Of a stretch of DNA of 64,000 nucleotides, positions 19,078 through 28,506 are shown one piece after another (position 1 is the stretch's first letter; each line of letters opens with the position of its first letter). Origin of the DNA: an uncultured Sulfuricurvum sp. (GTDB taxonomy: Bacteria; Campylobacterota; Campylobacteria; Campylobacterales; Sulfurimonadaceae); contig CAYXWQ010000005.1 of NCBI GenBank assembly GCA_964468865.1, positions 19,641 to 83,640 on the forward strand, given 5' to 3'. Under the pieces are notes generated by a model, which was not told the DNA's origin, searched no databases, and worked only from the letters and a program-made list of their open reading frames with translations. Both the position numbers and the translations under genes were made by a program.

Positions 19078-21095
19078 ATCACCCCTTTGCTCCACCGTAT
19101 GGCTGCATCCAGGTGCATCGGAGGCTCATACGCAAACGCAAAAGCGATCATCACTCCCTGTACCGTCAGCTCTATCCCCTGCTCGCTTTGCGATACCGTT
19201 GAAACAGGGTGCAAAAACACGGTGCATTCCCGATTCCACTCAATCTGCATCGTTTCGTTCAAATACGGATCGGCGATCGTCAGCCGGCGGAGATTGTAGA
19301 GGGTCATTTCCCGCTCATGGACGATTTCGCCGTCGGCATGTATGATAATGTCATTCAGATTGGCAAAATGGAGGTTCAGCTCGCACAGATAGAGCAGATC
19401 CGGTCTTGTCGCGTGTTCGATCGAGAGGGCGACATACAGCGCATCGCTCTCTATCCGGTAGTTTTTTTGCAGGCTCACGGCAGAACCCGCAACGTTCCCG
19501 GAACGTTTGAGAACCACCCAGTTCTCCCCCTCTTCCATGACCCAGAAAGGGGAGACGGCAAAATCACCCTGCTCTGGGTAGTCGCACCGTTTCAGCTGCG
19601 CGAGGGTGATATCCGATTCGCAGAAATGGTCGACAAACGATCCCCTCCGGTAAAAATCAAACTGCAGCGCTTCTGCAGCCTCCGGGCTCAGCGGTGCGTG
19701 CGGATGATGGATTGTCCGTATCCCGCCCCCCTCCTCACCGTGTTCCCCCTGATCCGCCGTTGCGCCGTGATAAAGCTCCTGACGCCGCGAAAGGGTGTTT
19801 TGAAGATTGAATTTCTTCTCCATCCGGTCGAGCTCAACAATCATCCCTCCATCGCGGGTGTTTAATACGAGGTACACAAAAGGATTGCACAATACGATTT
19901 CGTCATACCCGTCTTTGTCGATGTCCCCGATCCGGACGCCGTACCCCTCGGCGCAGCACAGCATCGTCTGCGCCTCTATCAGATAGCGGTATGCATTGTC
20001 CCGCAGATTGGGGAGGTAGAGCCCTCCGAACACCCCGTGCCATAGTACGTCGTTCGTCTGCGCCTTGTAGACCCATTCCCGATACGCTTCGGAACCCATT
20101 GTCTCCATCGATTGGGACAGCATCACCATCCGCTTGTGGATATGGTTGGCTTCGGGGTATTTGACCAGAAAGTTTTTCCAGGTGCCGCCCCCCAGAAGGC
20201 TCTGTGCATACCGTTCGCCAAAACGGCCGGCCAGGATGCTTTTCGCCTCTTCGGCCATGGCGGAACGTTTGGGACCATACGACCAGTTCCCCATCTCGTA
20301 ATACGATGTGTTCGGAAGGTACGCCAGTCCCAGTGCGGGATAGACGTCGATGTAGGTCGAAAACTGCGACGTCTGTATCCGGTGCGTCCCCAGCACGGCG
20401 GAGACGAACGACTCCAGCCACCCCTTCTCGTAGACCCATTCATGCGTATGGGGCCACAATCCGAACTTCTCGCCGTCGTCAAAGCATACCGCCGTCCTCA
20501 TCGAGGCAATCGCCTCTACCGCCTCTTCATGGGGTGAAAAGGGGAGCTTGTAACGCAGCGCCTTGCTGATCGGGAAAAGCTTGATCGTCTCCCCGCCGCT
20601 TTCGCTGAGGTAATACCCCTCGCACGCTTCGCTCTCATATCCGGCGCGCCAGAAATGGTAATCGTCGACGAGGGTATAGTCGATTCCGCACGCGGCCAGA
20701 TCCGGAATGATCTCGTCGCTCCATACCCGTTCGGTGAGCCACACTCCGCGGGGCCGCTGCGAAAAAAGACGCTCGATCAGATCCGAGAGCTTGCTCAGCT
20801 GTCCCCTCCGGTCGGCGGAGGGGATCGAGGCCAGTATCGGCTCATAATATCCTCCCCCCAGCCACTCGATCTGTTTGCGCCGGCTCATCATCTCCATCAG
20901 GGAGAAGAGTTCGGGGATCTCCGCAGCGATTTTTTCCAGCAGCCATCCGCTGAAATGGACGCTGAAGCGAAAATCCTCAAACCGGCTCAGCGTCTGGAAC
21001 AGCGGAAGATACGCGCGTTCGATCGATTCGCGCACCGCATGATCGAAATTGTCCACCGGCTGATGGCAATGGATGCCGAATAAAAAAGTGCTCAT
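19074..21095 (-). CDS. GH57 4-alpha-glucanotransferase / alpha-amylase
   Basis: HCHQPV, GGYYEPIL, WLTERVW, DDGEKFGLWP, AQTNDVLWHGVFGGLYLPNLR; beta-rich C-terminus. Confidence 0.92.
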   Translation of the reverse strand: MSTFLFGIHCHQPVDNFDHAVRESIERAYLPLFQTLSRFEDFRFSVHFSGWLLEKIAAEIPELFSLMEMMSRRKQIEWLGGGYYEPILASIPSADRRGQLSKLSDLIERLFSQRPRGVWLTERVWSDEIIPDLAACGIDYTLVDDYHFWRAGYESEACEGYYLSESGGETIKLFPISKALRYKLPFSPHEEAVEAIASMRTAVCFDDGEKFGLWPHTHEWVYEKGWLESFVSAVLGTHRIQTSQFSTYIDVYPALGLAYLPNTSYYEMGNWSYGPKRSAMAEEAKSILAGRFGERYAQSLLGGGTWKNFLVKYPEANHIHKRMVMLSQSMETMGSEAYREWVYKAQTNDVLWHGVFGGLYLPNLRDNAYRYLIEAQTMLCCAEGYGVRIGDIDKDGYDEIVLCNPFVYLVLNTRDGGMIVELDRMEKKFNLQNTLSRRQELYHGATADQGEHGEEGGGIRTIHHPHAPLSPEAAEALQFDFYRRGSFVDHFCESDITLAQLKRCDYPEQGDFAVSPFWVMEEGENWVVLKRSGNVAGSAVSLQKNYRIESDALYVALSIEHATRPDLLYLCELNLHFANLNDIIIHADGEIVHEREMTLYNLRRLTIADPYLNETMQIEWNRECTVFLHPVSTVSQSEQGIELTVQGVMIAFAFAYEPPMHLDAAIRWSKGVI

Positions 21096-21104
21096 CTACT
21101 CCTC

Positions 21105-23171
21105 CTAAATATACCAGTCGTACGGGCGTTCGATATAGCGGGCAAGTACCGATGCATGATCGCTCGGAAATTTCGTGACGCTCTCTCCGTCTGCCACCAC
21201 TTCCACCTGCAGCGTAAAGGTCTCATCCGCCTTCAGCCACGCCAGCGGAACACGCAGTTGCGCCCTTTTGGAGACGATCCCTGCCGCTTTGTCATGCTGA
21301 CGGCGGTCGAATTTTGATTGTTGAACCAACGGGACCACGATCGGCTCACACTGCTGCGACAACAGCTTCACTTCGAGGTTTCTACCGTCCATTCCGTCCC
21401 ATCGCCCTTCCAAAGAGAGGTACAAAAAATGGCGATCGAATCCGTAGCGCATGCTGCGAACCAGCCCTTTGTTGCTCGTATCCATGACATCGGTAAAACT
21501 CGGCTCATACACGATACCCGAACCGTACCACTCGAAAAACGGTTCATCCTCCGCACTGAGCGGCGGAGATATCCATTCGGTCGGGATCAATGAGCGTTCT
21601 TCGGTCTCCGAACGGTTCGGACGCAGCAGATACAGAGGGACACTGAGCAACAGGTACCCGTAGATCGTGATGAGACGGTGGCGGAAAAGGGTATCGAACA
21701 CATCGGCGAATTCGCTCCGATGATCGGTTCCGTACCACCAAAACCAGTCGCTCCCCTCGGCGATCAGCAATTCGCGCTCGATTTTTTGCCGTATCTCGGG
21801 TGTCAGGGATTCCCTGTGGCGCTGATAGGCCAGATGGGCCTGACACAACATCTCCCACGCACGGTTCTTGTCTTTTTGCCCGATCCACGTCGAGAAATCC
21901 CGATAGATCCAGCTTCCGGGGTGGATGCGCGGCAGCAGTTGATACGCTTCATCGGCGCACGCAATCGTATCGAGATGGACCGATTCGCACCACTGCGATT
22001 CACTCAGCCTCTGATACAGCGCGTTGAAAAAAGGGAGGGCGTTGTCCGGATAATATTCCCACGCATTTTCGCCGTCCAGAATGATCGAGACGAGCGACTC
22101 TTCGGAGGTATCGTATATCTGACGCAATTCGTTCATCAGATCATCGACGGCATCCTCAGCCTCCAGCGACGCGTACTCGAAACCGATCTTGTCACTGAGC
22201 CTTTTGTCCCTGAAAACGATCGTGATCCCCTTGTCGTCTTTGAAACGGTAGGGGCGATAGAGCAATGAGCGGTCATGGTTGTTCAGCGTCGCGAACAGTA
22301 TCTCTTCGTCGCTGGCGGTAAACCCGAAGCCGTATCGTCCATAGGCGTCCAGAGTCGTCTCGTTCACCGATCCCTCTGACGGCCATATCCCCTGAGGAGC
22401 ACGCTGAAAATTTTCTTTGAAACAGTCGATCCCGTTGTCAAGATGGCGATAGGCATCTTCCTCAAAAACACACGTCACGGCGGGCATCTGCGTGTCAGGA
22501 CGGCTGTGCACCGCATTTTTCATATCCATCAGAAGCGGCATAATGGGGTGGTACATCGGATTGATGGCGAGGGCAATTTGCCCCTGTTCCATCATGGCAC
22601 GGTATTCAGGAAGAATCCGTCCGACAAACGCGATCAGAGCATCGATTAGACGATGTTTCTGCTCTTCGCTGTAGTCTCTCCCCTGCTCTATCAGTTGTGC
22701 GACAAGAGGGACTTCTGCCCGTACAGCGTTGCCGCACCACGCCAGAAGAAACAGCACCTCTATGTCACACATTTCCGATGCGCTCAGGGGCCGTGTCTGC
22801 GCCATCTCATGCAGCTGCGCGTAACGCGGCATGGCGAGAATTTGATACTCGAAATGGGCATACCCCGCAAACCGCATCACCCATCGCTTCTCGCTTTCAT
22901 CCAGCGTATCGCACGGACGTTTATACAGTTTCAGCAAACGGTCGTTGACATCAGGGAACGTGTAGAGGCTCAATTGTTCCAGCAGTGCCGGAGAAAGGTT
23001 GAACGTCGCCTTCTGTGAAGGATAGCGTTTCAAATGCCACACCATCTCATAGTAGTCTTTGATCGCGTGCAAAAAGACCCAGGGCATTTCGATAATGCCG
23101 CTCTCGTCGTCCCGGTAATAGGGCTGATGCATGTGCCAGAAAAACGCAATTCTCAAAGGCGGCTTTTTCAT
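21105..23171 (-). CDS. GH57 amylopullulanase-like glycoside hydrolase
   Basis: FWHMHQPYY, YHPIMPLL, WPSEGSV, LDGENAWEYY, AEGSDWFWWYG. Confidence 0.92.
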   Translation of the reverse strand: MKKPPLRIAFFWHMHQPYYRDDESGIIEMPWVFLHAIKDYYEMVWHLKRYPSQKATFNLSPALLEQLSLYTFPDVNDRLLKLYKRPCDTLDESEKRWVMRFAGYAHFEYQILAMPRYAQLHEMAQTRPLSASEMCDIEVLFLLAWCGNAVRAEVPLVAQLIEQGRDYSEEQKHRLIDALIAFVGRILPEYRAMMEQGQIALAINPMYHPIMPLLMDMKNAVHSRPDTQMPAVTCVFEEDAYRHLDNGIDCFKENFQRAPQGIWPSEGSVNETTLDAYGRYGFGFTASDEEILFATLNNHDRSLLYRPYRFKDDKGITIVFRDKRLSDKIGFEYASLEAEDAVDDLMNELRQIYDTSEESLVSIILDGENAWEYYPDNALPFFNALYQRLSESQWCESVHLDTIACADEAYQLLPRIHPGSWIYRDFSTWIGQKDKNRAWEMLCQAHLAYQRHRESLTPEIRQKIERELLIAEGSDWFWWYGTDHRSEFADVFDTLFRHRLITIYGYLLLSVPLYLLRPNRSETEERSLIPTEWISPPLSAEDEPFFEWYGSGIVYEPSFTDVMDTSNKGLVRSMRYGFDRHFLYLSLEGRWDGMDGRNLEVKLLSQQCEPIVVPLVQQSKFDRRQHDKAAGIVSKRAQLRVPLAWLKADETFTLQVEVVADGESVTKFPSDHASVLARYIERPYDWYI

Positions 23172-23181
23172 CGGATCTTTC

Positions 23182-25668
23182 CTACGTTTTTAACAATGCG
23201 GCGTATTCGCTATAGAGTTCTTCGCCCCGTTTCAGGGTGGGGGCCTGAATGTACAGGTGGAGCATGTCGTCATGGGGGTCTGGCAGCATCAATACCCAAC
23301 AGGAGGGTTCAAGATCGATCCGTATCCCCTCGATGTGGGAAACCCTTTTCCCTTTGCCGTATTCGCTGAACCGCCGCATCATTTTTCCTTTCTCCGTTTC
23401 CGGACACGGGATTGGATGACGTGTAAAATAGCAGGCCGACTCGGCCCGCTTCCGGACCCATGAGAGCTTGAGGTTCTGTTTTGCCAGCATCTCCAAAATC
23501 TTGACGCTGGCAAAAATCGCATCGCTGTGCAGCCCGAATGCCGTAAAGATGTACTGATCGTTGACATCGGCGATCAGATCGAACTCTTTCATCTCCTTGG
23601 CGTTCAAACCATCTGTTTTTCCGTGAACAATTTCGAGGTTTTCGAACGATCCGTCCAACCAGTCAGGTGCCCATGCGGGAAGATAGACACGCCGTATCTC
23701 ATCGCTGCCGTCGGCGAGGATCAGAATCGAAAGAAGCGCCAGATAGCTCGGAAGCACGTCCCCCTCTTCCGTGGCGATTTTAAGGCGGAGTCCGTTGGGA
23801 TAGATCATGAAACCGGCGTCGCGTGTGAGGTTTTTGACAATACCCCCAAGGGTCTCTTTCGCATTGTCGCGCTCGAGATACAGACGGGAAAGCTTTTTGT
23901 CATCCCAGTAGGCGTTTAGAATGATGTTGTCGATTTCCAAAGCGTTGATGACCTGCGGATAGACTTCGCTGGTCACGCCATACATCAGATCGACGGCCAC
24001 ATACATTTTAGACCGTTTGAAACAGTTCCGGTCCAGCAGTGAAAACATCCGTTCCAGATAAAGAGCGTTCAGATTGGGTTTATCGATAATTTCGCCGATC
24101 TCGCTCACATCCACACGCCGGAAATTCTCTCTGAAAAAAAGCCGCTCGACACCCTGTACCATCGAATTGCCCAGAGGGAGGGAATCGGCCGTATAAAAGC
24201 TGATTTCGGTGGAAGAGGAATCATCCAGAGATTGCTGGAAATGGACCCCTCCCCCGATCGAGGGATTGAGATTCAGCGCATGGCGCATGACGCTTTTGGG
24301 CATGAACTGCAAATCGACAACATTCACCCCCGTACCGAGCAGTCCCCCCAGAAACGCCCGCTTGAGCATCCGGGAACCTTTATGGTAGTCTCGCGATGTG
24401 TAGACGGTGCACCCCACCGGCAGGATCGAGCCGAACGCTTCGGCCAGCTTGGTCGCGATGTCGCAGGAGAGTTCGACGTTGCTCCTCCCGATGACGCTGT
24501 TTTGTTTAAACAAAGACGCCTTGTATTTGTCCATCCATATGACATGGGAGCTGACAATGGCCCCCTCTTCAATCGATTTGCCGGGCCAGACCATGACATC
24601 TTTCTCAAATGAGACGTTTTTCCCGATGCGGCACCCCTGCGCGATCATTGCCCCCTGCGAAATTCGCACTTTTTCGCCTAGGACACATTCATCGGCGATG
24701 ACGGTGTTGACGATGCTGCTGCGCTCTCCCATTGTGACGTTTTTCCAAATCACCGAAGAGTCGATCTTGCACCGTTCGCCGATGACACTCCCCTCGCCGA
24801 TGACACAGTTGTGCAGTTCGCACCCCTTGCCAATGGTGACCCCCTCACCCAGCACGACCGTCCCCTTGATCTTCAAATCGCTGGAGACCTTGACCCCCTG
24901 GGCATAGAAGAGGCGGCCGTTTTTCTCTTCGATCACCTCCGCCGGATAATCGAACTTCGCTTTCCCCTCGAATATCTCCTGATGGACGCTGCGATAGCTG
25001 TCGGGATTCCCGACGTCCCGCCAGTACCCTTCCATCAGGCATCCCCACAACGTTTCCCCTTTGGCCATCAACGCGGGAAAAAGGTCTTTGGAAAAATCAT
25101 AATTGGCGTGTGCGGGGATGGCGCTGAAAATTTCATTGTTGAGAAGATAAATGCCGGTATTGATCTGATCGCTGAACACTTCGCCCCAACTGGGCTTTTC
25201 CAAAAAGCGCTCTATCCGCCCCTCCTCATCAGCTATCACAACACCGAACTGCAGCGGGTTTTCGACCGACGTCAGGGTGATGGTGAGTTTGGAACGTTTC
25301 AGACGGTGGAACCGTATAATGTTTTCCAAGTCAAAATCGCACACCAGATCGCCGCTGATAACCAGAACGTCATCCCCCTGAACATAAGGCTCCGCGCATT
25401 TCAGTGCTCCGGCCGTTCCGTAGTCGTCATCGGGAAGGACATACGTGATCTTGACCCCGAAGTCACTGCCGTCTTTGAAATATTCCTGTATCACTTCAGG
25501 CATGAAATAAAGGAGGATAATGATCTCGTCGATCCCTGCCGATTTCAGCTTATCAACGATCATCTCCATCATCGGACGGTTTACAACGGGGAGCATCGGT
25601 TTGGGAACCGAGTGAGTCAGGGGCTGTATCCGCGTCCCAAAACCGCCCGCCATGATAATTCCTTTCAC
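23182..25668 (-). CDS. Sugar-1-phosphate nucleotidyltransferase + hexapeptide repeat + degenerate phosphohexomutase fusion (Man-1-P guanylyltransferase-like)
   Basis: MAGGFGTR, PKPMLP, GTAG, FLEKP, YWRDVG; LbH repeats; PMM-like C-half without SHNP or DxDxDR. Start set at GTG 25668 after AAGGGGG RBS. Confidence 0.9.
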   Translation of the reverse strand: MKGIIMAGGFGTRIQPLTHSVPKPMLPVVNRPMMEMIVDKLKSAGIDEIIILLYFMPEVIQEYFKDGSDFGVKITYVLPDDDYGTAGALKCAEPYVQGDDVLVISGDLVCDFDLENIIRFHRLKRSKLTITLTSVENPLQFGVVIADEEGRIERFLEKPSWGEVFSDQINTGIYLLNNEIFSAIPAHANYDFSKDLFPALMAKGETLWGCLMEGYWRDVGNPDSYRSVHQEIFEGKAKFDYPAEVIEEKNGRLFYAQGVKVSSDLKIKGTVVLGEGVTIGKGCELHNCVIGEGSVIGERCKIDSSVIWKNVTMGERSSIVNTVIADECVLGEKVRISQGAMIAQGCRIGKNVSFEKDVMVWPGKSIEEGAIVSSHVIWMDKYKASLFKQNSVIGRSNVELSCDIATKLAEAFGSILPVGCTVYTSRDYHKGSRMLKRAFLGGLLGTGVNVVDLQFMPKSVMRHALNLNPSIGGGVHFQQSLDDSSSTEISFYTADSLPLGNSMVQGVERLFFRENFRRVDVSEIGEIIDKPNLNALYLERMFSLLDRNCFKRSKMYVAVDLMYGVTSEVYPQVINALEIDNIILNAYWDDKKLSRLYLERDNAKETLGGIVKNLTRDAGFMIYPNGLRLKIATEEGDVLPSYLALLSILILADGSDEIRRVYLPAWAPDWLDGSFENLEIVHGKTDGLNAKEMKEFDLIADVNDQYIFTAFGLHSDAIFASVKILEMLAKQNLKLSWVRKRAESACYFTRHPIPCPETEKGKMMRRFSEYGKGKRVSHIEGIRIDLEPSCWVLMLPDPHDDMLHLYIQAPTLKRGEELYSEYAALLKT

Positions 25669-25722
25669 TCTTTCCCCCTTCTTCACAAAAAAAATTTATA
25701 TTCCAGTATTTACCCGGCTTCG

Positions 25723-25731
25723 ATTGTAGCA
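25723..25731 (-). promoter_or_regulatory. Extended -10 (TGcTACAAT) for the glucan operon
   Basis: ATTGTAGCA on + strand, about 55 nt upstream of the first gene. Confidence 0.5.
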
Positions 25732-25865
25732 GAGCAATATTTCGTTACCGACACAATCGACAACAAATATACTGTTAATGATAACGCAATATTGTTATCC
25801 TCCATTGCATCATATCACACATTTCACCGAATGCGCCAGCTCACACCGCAAGCATGCCCGAAAAA

Positions 25866-25874
25866 TGGTACAAT
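25866..25874 (+). promoter_or_regulatory. Extended -10 (TGgTACAAT) for the GGDEF gene
   Basis: Motif about 35 nt upstream of ATG 25910. Confidence 0.5.
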
Positions 25875-25909
25875 CGTTGTACAACTACAGAGACTAAAAG
25901 AGAAACGGT

Positions 25910-26842
25910 ATGAGCAAAACAGCTGTTTATAACAAAATTGTCGCAATACACGATCAAACGGTAGGACGTCTGCGTTCTCTCCGTATCCCCCCTTATCCGA
26001 CCCATTACAAAAAGTACTTTGACGAAATTTTTATCGACCAGGCGGATGACGAACTTAAAAAAGCGCATGCGGAGCAAAAGGATCCTTCCGACGAGTTACA
26101 GGACGAATTGGCAAAATATCTTGATATCGCCCATCGTGCGATCATGGCGTTTGTCGAAACACATGCCGACATTTCCCATGTTGCCAACCTCCAGCAAGAA
26201 TACATGGAAAACATGACAGGCAACAACGTCGAACGGTGCGTCAGTCTGGTCGATGGCCTGAGCAATCTGGGAAGAAACATGTCCGCGGAGCTCCTCAAGG
26301 CACAGCAGAAGATCGATGGTCTCAGCGTTGAGCTTCGAGAAGCCGTTGCCGCCCTGACGACCGACCCTCTGACCCAGGTAGGAAACCGCAAAGGGTTTAT
26401 GGATGATTTGAAACTGACGCTGGAAGCAGGACGCAGCCAGCAGCTTCCCGTCGTGCTGCTGATGATAGACGCCGACAATTTCAAAATGCTCAACGACGAC
26501 TATGGTCATCTGGCTGGTGACAAAGTGCTCTATTTTCTCGCCCAGAGCATCAAATCGATCACCAGAGGGGGGGACAATGTCTACCGGTTCGGCGGTGAAG
26601 AGTTCGCTGTCGTTTTGAACCGGTGCAACCAGGAGCAGGCGTTCGCCGTTGCCGACAAGATCCGTTCCAAAATCGAGCACAGCCAGCTGATTTATTCCGG
26701 AAAAACGATCCATGTGACGGTTAGCATCGGGGTAACCACCCACCAGCAAGGCGATACGTTCGAAGATCTTATCTCCCGCGCCGATGAAGCGCTGTACCGG
26801 GCCAAAAAAGCGAGAAAAAACTGTACCATTGTCTATGAATGA
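25910..26842 (+). CDS. Cytoplasmic diguanylate cyclase (helical N-terminus + GGDEF)
   Basis: TDPLTQVGNR, DADNFKMLNDDYGH, RGGD I-site, RFGGEEF, RADEALY. Confidence 0.92.
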   Translation: MSKTAVYNKIVAIHDQTVGRLRSLRIPPYPTHYKKYFDEIFIDQADDELKKAHAEQKDPSDELQDELAKYLDIAHRAIMAFVETHADISHVANLQQEYMENMTGNNVERCVSLVDGLSNLGRNMSAELLKAQQKIDGLSVELREAVAALTTDPLTQVGNRKGFMDDLKLTLEAGRSQQLPVVLLMIDADNFKMLNDDYGHLAGDKVLYFLAQSIKSITRGGDNVYRFGGEEFAVVLNRCNQEQAFAVADKIRSKIEHSQLIYSGKTIHVTVSIGVTTHQQGDTFEDLISRADEALYRAKKARKNCTIVYE

Positions 26843-26972
26843 GGTGATACGTTCCAAGGGGAGCCTTCATGCTGTGTAGTTTAGAAGCACTGCAGGCAAG
26901 AAAGTGTGAAATTAATCCTCCCAATATGCAAAGCATGTTACAATTCCGAAATTTTTTACAAGGGTACCTCCT

Positions 26973-28142
26973 ATGTTAACCGATCGCGTCAACACACTCT
27001 CCGAATCGATTACCATTGCTATCAGCACGTTAGCGCAAGAACTCAAAGCACAGGGGAAAAACATCCTCAGCTTCTCCGCCGGCGAACCTGATTTTGACAC
27101 CCCTCAGGTGATCAAAGACGCCGCGATCAAAGCGATCAACGACGGCTTTACAAAGTACACCGCTGTTGACGGAATCCCCGAACTCAAAGCGGCCATTGCC
27201 CTCAAACTCAAACGGGACAACAATCTCGACTACAAACCCAGCCAGATCATCGCCAACAACGGAGCGAAGCACTCCCTTTACAACCTGTTTGCATGTACGA
27301 TCCAATCGGGCGACGAGGTGATTATCCCGGCTCCCTACTGGGTAACCTATCCCGAGCTTGTGCAATACTGTGGCGGAACCGTCGTAGAGATCATGACGGA
27401 TGATACCAGCGGATTCAAAATCACTCCCGAACAGCTCAAAGCGGCATTGACCCCGAAAACGAAAATGGTGATCCTCACTTCTCCGTCCAATCCGACCGGT
27501 GCCGTCTATTCACGCGAAGAACTGACTGCCCTTGGAAAAACACTGGAGGGGACAAACGTCATCGTCGCCAGCGACGAGATGTATGAAAAACTGATTTACG
27601 ACGGTGAATTCACCTCTGCCGCGGCGGTCAGCGACGATATGTTCCAGCGTACGGTCACCATCAACGGCCTCTCCAAATCGGTCGCGATGACGGGATGGCG
27701 TTTTGGCTACATGGCCGCCGCCAATACCGAGCTTATACAGGCAACCAAAAAACTTCAGAGCCAAAGCACGTCAAACATCAACTCCATTACCCAAAAAGCG
27801 GCAGTTGTCGGCTTGAACGGTGAAGCGGATGGCGACATCGAAGTAATGCGTGTTGCCTTCAAAGCCCGCCGTGACGAAGCGGTCAAGCTGATCAACGAAA
27901 TCGACGGATTGTCTGTTCTCTCACCTGCAGGGGCATTCTACCTGTTTGTCAATATTAAAGAGATCAGTAACGATTCGATGCAGTTTTGCAAAGAGCTTCT
28001 GGAAGAACAGGGAGTTGCCGTAGTACCGGGTGTCGGATTTGGTTCTGAGGGGTATTTCCGTTTCAGTTTTGCAACCGATATCGAAAGTATTCGTGAAGGG
28101 ATCAATCGGATCGCTGCTTTTGTAGCCACACGCCGAAAATAG
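26973..28142 (+). CDS. aspC: Class I/II PLP aminotransferase (aspartate aminotransferase)
   Basis: AGEPDF, PYWVTY, SPSNPTG, SDEMY, NGLSKSVAMTGWRFGY. Confidence 0.9.
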   Translation: MLTDRVNTLSESITIAISTLAQELKAQGKNILSFSAGEPDFDTPQVIKDAAIKAINDGFTKYTAVDGIPELKAAIALKLKRDNNLDYKPSQIIANNGAKHSLYNLFACTIQSGDEVIIPAPYWVTYPELVQYCGGTVVEIMTDDTSGFKITPEQLKAALTPKTKMVILTSPSNPTGAVYSREELTALGKTLEGTNVIVASDEMYEKLIYDGEFTSAAAVSDDMFQRTVTINGLSKSVAMTGWRFGYMAAANTELIQATKKLQSQSTSNINSITQKAAVVGLNGEADGDIEVMRVAFKARRDEAVKLINEIDGLSVLSPAGAFYLFVNIKEISNDSMQFCKELLEEQGVAVVPGVGFGSEGYFRFSFATDIESIREGINRIAAFVATRRK

Positions 28143-28213
28143 CGGCCAAACAACCGCCCTCGCCACAGGCGAGCGTTGGAGTATCTCTATGCTCTTCAGC
28201 AGTGCTGTATTGA

Positions 28214-28432
28214 CTAAATCGATTTCAGCGCCTCAACGACTTCGTCGATGTTCCCCATCGGAATATGCACTTTCCACTCGGGGTTTTTAACATCTCCCGA
28301 CAGCGAGATGCCGATACTGGCGACACTGTCGCTTCCAATGCCGTATGGCTCATCAATTTTGCTGATGCTGATAATTCCTTTTTTTGTGCCATTCAAGGGG
28401 ATCTCTTTGATAATGGTTGCGCCTGAACTCAT
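28214..28432 (-). CDS. Small hypothetical protein
   Basis: AGGAG RBS before ATG 28432; beta-strand pattern followed by a C-terminal helix. Confidence 0.7.
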   Translation of the reverse strand: MSSGATIIKEIPLNGTKKGIISISKIDEPYGIGSDSVASIGISLSGDVKNPEWKVHIPMGNIDEVVEALKSI

Positions 28433-28506
28433 AACATCTCCTGTATTCATATGATAATGAAAGAGTTTAGCCGATTTTGGCTAAAGCAATCTTAAAAAGA
28501 AGGGTA

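Noticed and set aside
28159-28173. CTCGCC-ACA-GGCGAG hairpin after the aminotransferase
   Set aside because: No U-tract and not repeated elsewhere that I could see; too weak to call.
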